Origin: Deltaproteobacteria bacterium | Lineage (GTDB): Bacteria > Myxococcota_A > UBA9160 > G020347605 | Length of the DNA: 42,742 bases | Direction: 5' to 3' | NCBI GenBank assembly: GCA_020347605.1 | Contig: CP070734.1 | Coordinates: 2,690,338-2,733,079, forward strand | Shown: positions 33,461 to 41,180 of the stretch, piece after piece | Layout of the letters: each line of letters opens with the position of its first letter | How positions within the stretch are numbered: position 1 is the first letter of the stretch | Made by a program: the position numbers and the translations under genes | Notes under the pieces: model-generated | What the model was told of the DNA's origin: nothing | Database searches by the model: none | What the model saw: only the letters and a program-made list of their open reading frames with translations

Positions 33461-35725
33461 ATGCACGCACGCAGAGGTCGCCGCGCGCGGGTCCTGATCG
33501 CGATCGCGCTCGTCGCGGCGACCGTCGCCGCGTACGCGCCCCTGCGCCACAACGACTTCGTCCAGTACGACGACAACATCTACATCACCGAGAACCCGAA
33601 CCTCCCGCTGGGATTCTCTCGCGAGGGGCTCTCCTGGGCGTTCTTCGGCGGCTACGAGGCCAACTGGATTCCGCTGACCTGGCTCTCGCTGATCGCCGAC
33701 TACCGGCTCCACGCTCTGGATCCGCGTGGCTACCACGCGACGAACCTCGCGTTGCACGTGCTCGGAAGCCTGCTCCTGTTCGCCGCGTTTGCCCGCATGA
33801 CGCGCGCCCCGTGGCAGAGCGGCTTCGTGGCGGCGGTCTTCGCACTGCACCCGCTCCACGTGGAATCGGTCGCCTGGGCGTCGGAGCGCAAGGACGCGCT
33901 GTCCGGCTTCTTCTTCATGCTGACGCTGCTGGCCTACGCGGGCTATGCGTCGCGCCCGTCCGCCGTGCGGTACGCGGGGGTCTGCGTGTCCCTGGCGCTG
34001 GGACTCATGGCCAAGCCGATGCTGGTGACCGTACCGTTCGTGCTGCTGCTGCTCGACGCCTGGCCACTCGACCGACTCCGCAGGCGCGACGGCGACCGCC
34101 GGCTGGATCCGCTTCGGCTGCGCCGCGCAGTGCTCGAGAAGCTCGGGCTCCTGCCGCTCGTCGTCGCCTCGAGCGTCGCCACGGTGTACGCGCAGCACGC
34201 CGGCGGCGCGTTCGCGTCGATGGAGAAGGTTCCGCTCGGCGCGCGCATCGCGAACGCGCTGCATTCCTACGCGGCCTACCTCTGGCAGGGCATCTGGCCC
34301 CGCGATCTCGCCGTCTACTACCCCCACCCGCGCGAGGCGCTGCCCCTCGCCGAGGTGATCCTGTGCGGTGTTCTGCTGCTGCTCGCGACCGGCGCCGCGC
34401 TGCGGCTCCTGCGGCGCGCCCCGTACGTCGCGGTCGGCTGGTTCTGGTACCTCGGAATGCTGGTGCCGGTGATCGGGCTGGTACAGGTCGGCTCGGCGGC
34501 GCGGGCGGACCGCTACACCTACCTGCCCTTCGTGGGGCTCGCGATCGCGCTGGCGTGGGGGGCCCCCGCCGTGCTGCGGCGCGTGCCGCGGGGCCGCGCG
34601 GTCGCCGCGGCGCTGGGTGCCGCCGCCGTGCTGGCGATGGCCACGGTCACGGCGCGCCAGGTCGCGATCTGGCGCAGCACCGAGAGCCTGTTCGAGCACG
34701 CGCTGCGCGTCACCGCGGACAACGCGATCGCGCACATCGCGCTCGGGGGGGAGCGCTTGCGCGCGGATCGGCTCGAAGAGGCGCAGGCGCACTTCGACGC
34801 CGCGCTCGAGATCTGGCCGCGCAGCGCCCTGGCGCAGAGTGGGCTGGGGAACATCGCGGCGCAGCGGGAGCGCTGGGACGAGGCGACCCGCCGCTTTCGC
34901 CGGGCGCTGCGCATCGATCCGGACCTCCTGGAGGCGCACGCCGGGCTGGGCTACGTAGCCCTCCAGCAGCAGAGGTTCGCGAACGCGATCGCACACTATT
35001 TCGATTTCCTGCGCATCGCTCCGAATCGACCGGAAATCCTCGCGAATCTGGGCCACGCCCTGGCCCTGGACGGGCGACCCGGCCCGGCGATCGAGCGCCT
35101 TCGGACCGCGATCCGCCTCGACCCCCAGCTGGCCCTGGCGCACGCCTATCTGGGGCAGGCCTTGGCGCAGGAGGGCCGCATGGGCCCCGCCATCGCCAGC
35201 TACCGCGAGGCGCTGCGGCTCGATCCCGACCTCGACGACGTGCGGGGCGCGCTCGCGGGCGCGCTGATGCGCGAGGGCCAGACCGACGCGGCCCTCGCGC
35301 AGCTCGAGATCGCGGTGCGCCGCGAGCCGGAGCGGTTCGAGTTCCAGCTCGCGATGGGCGACGCCCTGCAGGCCGCGGGTCGCGATGCGGAGGCGGCCGC
35401 GCGCTACCGCGAGGCGCTGCGACGGCAGCCCGACTCGAAGCCGGCGCTCAACAACCTCGCGTGGCTGCTCGCGACGAGTGCGGACGCCGCACTGCGGGAT
35501 GCCGACGAGGCCGTCCGGCTCGCCGAGCGCGCAGCCGAGCTCAGCGGTCGCCAGGACGCGTCGGTGCTCGACACGCTGGCCGCGGCCCAGGCGGCCGCGG
35601 GTCGCCCGGCCGAGGCGGAGCGCACCGCGGCCGAGGCCCTGGAACGCGCCGCAGACGACCCCGCGCTCGCCGCGCGGATCCGCGAGCACCTGCGTTCCTA
35701 TCGCGAGGGCTCCGCGCCGCCCTGA
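33461..35725 (+). CDS. polytopic PMT/ArnT-like (DUF1736, TMTC-like) glycosyltransferase-fold protein with C-terminal TPR repeats
   Basis: 754 aa from ATG 33461. N-terminal HNDFVQYDDNIYITENPNL is followed by about 9-11 TM helices (HATNLALHVLGSLLLF, ALHPLHVESVAWASERKDAL). The C-terminal ~350 aa consist of successive 34-residue TPR units (A..HF..AL.I.P....A..GLG). Confidence 0.85.
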   Translation: MHARRGRRARVLIAIALVAATVAAYAPLRHNDFVQYDDNIYITENPNLPLGFSREGLSWAFFGGYEANWIPLTWLSLIADYRLHALDPRGYHATNLALHVLGSLLLFAAFARMTRAPWQSGFVAAVFALHPLHVESVAWASERKDALSGFFFMLTLLAYAGYASRPSAVRYAGVCVSLALGLMAKPMLVTVPFVLLLLDAWPLDRLRRRDGDRRLDPLRLRRAVLEKLGLLPLVVASSVATVYAQHAGGAFASMEKVPLGARIANALHSYAAYLWQGIWPRDLAVYYPHPREALPLAEVILCGVLLLLATGAALRLLRRAPYVAVGWFWYLGMLVPVIGLVQVGSAARADRYTYLPFVGLAIALAWGAPAVLRRVPRGRAVAAALGAAAVLAMATVTARQVAIWRSTESLFEHALRVTADNAIAHIALGGERLRADRLEEAQAHFDAALEIWPRSALAQSGLGNIAAQRERWDEATRRFRRALRIDPDLLEAHAGLGYVALQQQRFANAIAHYFDFLRIAPNRPEILANLGHALALDGRPGPAIERLRTAIRLDPQLALAHAYLGQALAQEGRMGPAIASYREALRLDPDLDDVRGALAGALMREGQTDAALAQLEIAVRREPERFEFQLAMGDALQAAGRDAEAAARYREALRRQPDSKPALNNLAWLLATSADAALRDADEAVRLAERAAELSGRQDASVLDTLAAAQAAAGRPAEAERTAAEALERAADDPALAARIREHLRSYREGSAPP

Positions 35726-35743
35726 GCCGCTGCAGGCGGCGCG

Positions 35744-36478
35744 TCAGGCGCCGCTGCGCCCCGCCTCCTCGAGCGCGCGACAGGTCGGCGAGGTCGGGAC
35801 GTCCCGAACGCGGGGCTGTGTACCGAGCAGTCGGTCCCCGGACAGCATGCTGACGCCGAACCAGTAGTGCTCGTTCTTGCAGTGGTGCAGGCGATGGTTT
35901 CGCCACAGGCGTTCGTAGCGGCGCGAGCGCGGGCGGTACGGGGTGTGGATCAGGAAGTGGATCCACTCGTAGCGCAGGCCCATCGCGAGGAAGGCCAGCG
36001 CCGCGGTCAGCGCCAGCTCCCGCGTGGGCAACAGGACGAACGACAGCAGCAGCAGCACGGGGATCGAGAACGCGAAGCCCTGGAGCGGAATGAACAGGAT
36101 GTTCAGGTTCCAGGGGTCGCGATGATGCGCGCGATGCTTGCGCGGCACGGCGAGGTCGATGGTTCGCCCCCCGATCGCGAAGGGCCGGCTGTGGAGCACG
36201 AAGACGTGGATCAGCCACTCGAGCACGGGCCAGAAGGCGACGATGGCCGCCACGACGACCACGTCCCAGAGCGACGCACCCCCGACCGCGATGCGCACCG
36301 CGAGGAGGGTCAGCACCACGGCCGTCAGGAAGCGCGGGCTCGCGTGCCGGTAGAAGCGGCGCACCGCGGCGCCGAGCGTCCGCGGCCCTGCCGCGATCTG
36401 TCGCGCCGTCGTCGTCGGCCCGGCCCCGCTCGGCGGCGGCCCGCCCGCACGGCGGCCGTCGATTGCAGTCGGTGTCAT
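35744..36478 (-). CDS. fatty acid hydroxylase superfamily (sterol desaturase-like) membrane protein
   Basis: 244 aa. Histidine boxes are present: HVFVLH, HRAHH, and HFLIH followed by HRLHH. It has 3-4 TM helices. The start is ATG 36478, or ATG 36496 six codons upstream. Confidence 0.8.
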   Translation of the reverse strand: MTPTAIDGRRAGGPPPSGAGPTTTARQIAAGPRTLGAAVRRFYRHASPRFLTAVVLTLLAVRIAVGGASLWDVVVVAAIVAFWPVLEWLIHVFVLHSRPFAIGGRTIDLAVPRKHRAHHRDPWNLNILFIPLQGFAFSIPVLLLLSFVLLPTRELALTAALAFLAMGLRYEWIHFLIHTPYRPRSRRYERLWRNHRLHHCKNEHYWFGVSMLSGDRLLGTQPRVRDVPTSPTCRALEEAGRSGA

Positions 36479-36677
36479 CGGATCCCCGCCGGACATGCTT
36501 GGACCGCGGACCGTGGCTCGCCGCGCGGACATCGGAACGATACCGGATCGCCGCGGTGGACGAGCCAGGCGCACCCGCGCGGCGCCGGGCCGCACGCGCT
36601 CGCGGCGCCTTGTCCGTGCGAGCCGTCTGGGCGATGGTTCTCCGGCTCGGAGCGGGGTGAGCGCCGGAGGTGGTGGA

Positions 36678-39143
36678 TTGGAACCCGTTGCGCGGCGACC
36701 CGTGAGCTTCGGGCCGCTGTACCTGGCGATCCTTTTGTGCTCGGCGGGTGTCCTGATGCAGGAGATCCTGCTGACGCGGATCTTCTCGTTCACGATCTGG
36801 TACCACCTCGCCTACCTCACCATCAGCACCGCGCTGCTCGGCTTCGGCGCCGCCGGGTCGATCCTGGCAGCCTTCCCGGGGCTCCTGGGCGCCGACGGAC
36901 GGCGCCTGGCCGCCTGGGGCTCGGCCGGCGCCGGCCTCGCGTTGCTGGTCGCGATGGCCGTGCTCGGTCCGCGCCCCCTCGAGCCCCACGCCCTGCTGCA
37001 CACCCCCGGGACGTTCTTCCTGGGGCTGCTCGGCTACTACGGCGCGGTGACGGTCCCGTTCCTGCTGGCCGGCCTGGCGGTGGCCGCACCGCTCAGCGCG
37101 TTTCCGGAGCGGGTGAACCGGCTCTACGCGGCGGATCTGCTGGGCGCCGGGCTCGGCTGCGCCGGTGCGGTCCTGGCCCTGTCGCTGCTCGACGGCGCCG
37201 CGGCCGTCGCCGTGTGCGCCGCCGTGCTGGTCGCCGCCGGGGCCGTGTACGCGATGCCCAGTCGTCTCGCCGCGGGCCTCGCGGCCCTCGCGCTGCTGCT
37301 CGGTGGCTCGGCTCCGTTCGCGAAACGCGTGATCGACTTCCGGCCGACCGGCACCAAGGCGCTCGGCTTCGCGCTGGAGCAGCCCGAGACGCGCATGCTC
37401 TTCACGCGCTGGAGTCCCGTGAATCGCGTCGACCTCTACCAGATGGCCGACACGCGCGCGAGCTGGTGGGGGGCGTACGGTCGCTCGCCGCTGCATCCCA
37501 GCCCGGCGCCCCGCTCGCTCGCCATCCAGTACGACGGTCACAACGGCACCAACGTCTACCAGGTGCCGAACCGCGCGGCGCTGCGCATGCTCGACCACCA
37601 CCTGCTGCGGACGCCGTACGTCCTGCGCGAGAAACCGCGCGTGCTGGTGATCGGCGTGGGCGGCGGCGTCGACGTGCTGAACGCGCTCTACCAGGGCGCC
37701 TCCCACGTGACCGGGCTCGAGCTCCAGCCCATCACCATCGAGCTCCTGAACGGTCCGCTCGCCGGCTTCACCGGCGGCTGGTTCCAGCGCCCCGAGGTCG
37801 AGCTCGTGGCCGGCGAGGGTCGGCACTTCGTGCGCGCGCACGACGATCGGTACGACGTCATCCAGATCACGGCGGTCGATACCTTCTCGGCACAGACGAC
37901 GGGCGCCTACGTGCTGGCCGAGAGCTACCTCTACACCGTCGAGGCGTTCGAGGACTACCTGGACGACCTGCGCGACGGCGGTCTCGTGTCCGTGGTGCTC
38001 GGCAGCCCGATCTACGCGGATCGCGAGCTGCCCAGTCCGCTCGTCAGCCGGCTCCTGCTGGTGGCGCGCGCCGCGCTCGAGCGACGCGGCGTGGAGGATC
38101 CCGCGGCGCATCTGCTGGTCACCGCACAGATCTATCCGGCCGGCAAGGCGACGATGGGGACCATGCTCGCGAACCTGATCGTCAAGGACTCCCCGTTCAG
38201 CGCCGAGGAGGTGGCCGCCGTCGAGCGCTTCGCGTCGCAGAACCGCTTCCGCCTCGAGCTCGCGCCCGGCGTCGCGGGCAACCCGAGCTTCGTCGAGCTC
38301 GTATCGGCGGACGCGGCGCGTCTCGAGCAGCAGCTCGACGAGCAGCGCTTCGCCCTGGCGCCCGTCACCGACGATCGCCCGTTCTTCTACCACGTGCTGC
38401 GCTGGAGGAGTCTGCTCAGCGGGGAGAAGATCCTCTGGTACATGCCCGGCTCGACCACCGGTCTGCTCGTGCTCCTGATCATGCTGATCCAGGCGCTGCT
38501 GCTCGGCGCGCTCTTGATCCTGCTGCCGCTCGCGCGGGGCGCGCGGGGCCGGCTCCCCAGCGGCGCGATGGGGGGATTCCTGCTCTACTTCCTGGCGCTG
38601 GGACTCGGCTTCCTGTTGATCGAGATCAGCTTCGTGCAGAAATACGTACTGCTGCTCGGCCATCCGACCTACTCGCTGTCCGTCACGATCTTCTCGCTGC
38701 TCGTCTTCGCCGCGCTGGGCGCTGCGTGGTCGCGCCGCTTCTGGAGCGACCCGCAGCGCTTTCTCGCGACGCTTTTGGCCGTGACGCTCGGGTTGGTGCT
38801 CGTGGAGGTCCAGATCCTGCCGTGGGTCCGGGACCAGGTGCTGGCCGCGGCCCTACCAACGCGGATCGGTGTCACCGTGCTGCTGCAGCTGCCGCTGGGC
38901 CTGGTGCTCGGCATGTACTTCCCGACCGGCGTCGAGCTGGTGCGCCGGCACGAGCCGCGCCTGGTTCCCTGGGCCTGGGCGGTAAACGGCGTGGCCTCGG
39001 TGGTCGCCACCGTGCTGGCCGTGATCCTGGGCATGGCGATCGGCTTCTCCGGGGTGACCTACACGGCCGCGGCCATCTACGCGGTCGGCACCCTGGCGCT
39101 CCTGGCCGCGCTGCGGCGAGCGCCCGCGATTCCGGCCCCCTGA
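36678..39143 (+). CDS. polytopic membrane protein with central spermidine-synthase-like (SpeE/class I methyltransferase fold) domain
   Basis: About 821 aa from TTG 36678, with GGAGG 7 nt upstream; GTG 36702 is an alternative. There are about 7 N-terminal TM helices. A soluble domain follows with VLVIGVGGGVDVLNAL, GLELQP and YDVIQITAVDTFS...LAESYLYTVEAFEDYLDDLRDGGLV. A further soluble region and about 6 C-terminal TM helices complete the protein. Confidence 0.8.
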   Translation: MEPVARRPVSFGPLYLAILLCSAGVLMQEILLTRIFSFTIWYHLAYLTISTALLGFGAAGSILAAFPGLLGADGRRLAAWGSAGAGLALLVAMAVLGPRPLEPHALLHTPGTFFLGLLGYYGAVTVPFLLAGLAVAAPLSAFPERVNRLYAADLLGAGLGCAGAVLALSLLDGAAAVAVCAAVLVAAGAVYAMPSRLAAGLAALALLLGGSAPFAKRVIDFRPTGTKALGFALEQPETRMLFTRWSPVNRVDLYQMADTRASWWGAYGRSPLHPSPAPRSLAIQYDGHNGTNVYQVPNRAALRMLDHHLLRTPYVLREKPRVLVIGVGGGVDVLNALYQGASHVTGLELQPITIELLNGPLAGFTGGWFQRPEVELVAGEGRHFVRAHDDRYDVIQITAVDTFSAQTTGAYVLAESYLYTVEAFEDYLDDLRDGGLVSVVLGSPIYADRELPSPLVSRLLLVARAALERRGVEDPAAHLLVTAQIYPAGKATMGTMLANLIVKDSPFSAEEVAAVERFASQNRFRLELAPGVAGNPSFVELVSADAARLEQQLDEQRFALAPVTDDRPFFYHVLRWRSLLSGEKILWYMPGSTTGLLVLLIMLIQALLLGALLILLPLARGARGRLPSGAMGGFLLYFLALGLGFLLIEISFVQKYVLLLGHPTYSLSVTIFSLLVFAALGAAWSRRFWSDPQRFLATLLAVTLGLVLVEVQILPWVRDQVLAAALPTRIGVTVLLQLPLGLVLGMYFPTGVELVRRHEPRLVPWAWAVNGVASVVATVLAVILGMAIGFSGVTYTAAAIYAVGTLALLAALRRAPAIPAP

Positions 39144-39153
39144 CGGCGTTCCG

Positions 39154-40878
39154 CTATTCGATGTAGCCGAGCGCCCGCAGCGCTTCCTCGAGCGACGCGC
39201 GTTCCTCCGCGTCGAGTCCGCTGTCCATCGGCCCCGGGGCCTCCCACGTGTCGAGAAAGGCCGGCGTGCGGCGCATCAGTCGCGCGGTCAGGTAGCCCGC
39301 CGTCACCGGATGCTGCGCGCTCACATCGCGCAGCTCGTGCGGGTCGGCGCGGAGGTCGAACAAGCGCGCGCCGGCGTCGTCGAGCAGGAGCTTCCAGCGG
39401 CCCTCGCGGATGTACCACGCCTCCGCGTCCTTCGACCCGACGGCCGAGGGCGGCTCCAGCAGGTCCGGCGGTCGCAGCAGGCTGCGCCCCGCGTATGCGT
39501 CCGGTACCGCGAGGCCCGCGAGGTCGAGCAGCGTCGGCGCGAGATCCTGGAGGCTCACGATCTCCTCGACCCGGACGGGCTCGCGGCGCCAGGGCAGGAG
39601 CACGAGCAGCGGCACGTGGACGAGCTCCTCGTACAGCGAGTGGCCGTGGTACACGTCACCGCGTTGCCCGAGCGGCTCGCCGTGATCCGACGTGATCACG
39701 ACGGCGGTGCGGTGGGCGAACGGCAGCGCCGCCAGCGCGTCGAGCAACGCGCCGATCTCGTGATCGGCGTACGCCACGCTCGCGTCGTAGAGGTTCGGCA
39801 GATACCACGTCGCGAGCTGGGCGTCGGGCGGCGCGTCCGGCGCGGGCGGCTTCGGCGCGTCGCCTGCGTCGCGCGGTGCGAACCGGGCGCGGAACGCATC
39901 CGGCGGCGCATAGGGATAGTGGACGTCCATCGACTGCACGTACGCGAAGAACGGTTGCTCGCCGCGTTCGCGGAGCCAGGCCAGGACGTGTGCGTGAAGC
40001 TCCGCGGCGTCGACCTTGCGCGGCTTCCCGGAGTCCGTCCGCTTCAGGATCCGGTACTCGTCGAAGCCGCGCGCGTAGCCCAGCGCCGGCCGCAGCGTGA
40101 AGTTGGCCTGGAATGCGGCCGTCGCGTAGCCCGCCTCTCGAAACCGCTCCGCGAGGGTGTGCGGGGCGGGGCCGTCCGGGCGCAGCCGTGCGCCGAGCTC
40201 GTCGGGGTGGCGCGACGCGAAGAGCGCCGTGATGGTGGGAGGCGTCTTGGACCCCGGCGCGTACGCGGACCGGAACAGCGCACCGCGCTCCGCCCACCGC
40301 GCGAGCTCGGGCGTGGTCGGACGCGCGTACCCGTAGACGGACATGCGGTCGAGACGCAGCGTGTCGACCACGTACAGGATCACGTTGATGGGCGGGTCCG
40401 GCGGGCGCGCCGACGCCCCGAGCGCGGCCGGACGCGCCCGAGCACGGCCGGCGACGCGCGGCCGGATCCAGCCGATCGGCCCCCCGGAGCGGTTTTCGAG
40501 CGTGAGGCGAACGGCGCGCCCAGCGAGTTCGGAGAGATCCGCGTCCCAGCGATTCGCGCCCGCGCGCTCCGGTTCGAGGGTCTGCCGGTCCGCGTCGGTC
40601 GCCACGTGGATCGCGAACGCCTGGCTCGGCAGCTCCGGAACCATCTCGAAGTGGAGCCGGCTCGCGCGAGGCAGCCGCAGGTAGAGGTCGATGCTCTCGC
40701 CGGCGGGCTGCACGAGCCGGCGGAGCTCGCCCTCGCCCTCGACCCGCGCTGCCCCGGGGGCCTGCGACGCGAGCTCCGTCAGCGGGACCTCGACGGGCTC
40801 CCCGGCGCGCTCCGCGCAGGCGAATCCGGCGCCGCACAGGAGCGCGCCCAGAAGCCGTCCGATCTGCCCCACGGGCAT
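39154..40878 (-). CDS. sulfatase-fold (alkaline phosphatase superfamily) hydrolase/transferase, predicted lipoprotein or exported
   Basis: 574 aa with signal MPVGQIGRLLGALLCGAGFAC. An N-terminal beta-rich domain of about 150 aa is followed by sulfatase-fold motifs NVILYVVDTLRLD, GSKTPPTITALFASRHP and VVITSDHGEPLGQRG. Confidence 0.85.
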   Translation of the reverse strand: MPVGQIGRLLGALLCGAGFACAERAGEPVEVPLTELASQAPGAARVEGEGELRRLVQPAGESIDLYLRLPRASRLHFEMVPELPSQAFAIHVATDADRQTLEPERAGANRWDADLSELAGRAVRLTLENRSGGPIGWIRPRVAGRARARPAALGASARPPDPPINVILYVVDTLRLDRMSVYGYARPTTPELARWAERGALFRSAYAPGSKTPPTITALFASRHPDELGARLRPDGPAPHTLAERFREAGYATAAFQANFTLRPALGYARGFDEYRILKRTDSGKPRKVDAAELHAHVLAWLRERGEQPFFAYVQSMDVHYPYAPPDAFRARFAPRDAGDAPKPPAPDAPPDAQLATWYLPNLYDASVAYADHEIGALLDALAALPFAHRTAVVITSDHGEPLGQRGDVYHGHSLYEELVHVPLLVLLPWRREPVRVEEIVSLQDLAPTLLDLAGLAVPDAYAGRSLLRPPDLLEPPSAVGSKDAEAWYIREGRWKLLLDDAGARLFDLRADPHELRDVSAQHPVTAGYLTARLMRRTPAFLDTWEAPGPMDSGLDAEERASLEEALRALGYIE

Positions 40879-41180
40879 AGCTTCGCACGCCCGCGCCGAG
40901 GTTTCCGGGCCGGCCGCGTGTGGGGCCGCCGGGAGCCCCCCAGAGGCGCCGCCCGAGCCGCGCGGCTGCGTCCCGCCCCCGACCGGAGGGGACGAACCGC
41001 GTTTCAGTCGCTACACGTCTCGGGCGGTCCGGCCGGGAGGCGCCGCGGTTCCTGCCGCCGCGGGGTTGCTGCAGATCGTCCCGGCCGGCCCGCGCGGACC
41101 GCTGCGCGCGGGCGCGATTTCAGGTTCTCGTCAACTCGAACCGGACGGCGACCGAACACACCTCGGGGAGACCACGCGAC

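Noticed and set aside
33434-35689. A 751-aa minus-strand ORF antisense to the TPR/PMT-like gene
   Set aside because: The plus-strand product has clear TM and TPR periodicity, whereas the antisense product is Arg/Gly/Glu-rich with no domain. It is a shadow ORF.
35541-39166. Very long alternative-frame ORFs: 35541..38663 minus (1040 aa) and 35867..39166 plus (1099 aa)
   Set aside because: Both overlap the fatty-acid-hydroxylase and SpeE-like genes in other frames and encode low-complexity Arg/Ala/Gly/Pro sequence. The chosen frames contain histidine boxes, TM helices and methyltransferase-fold motifs.
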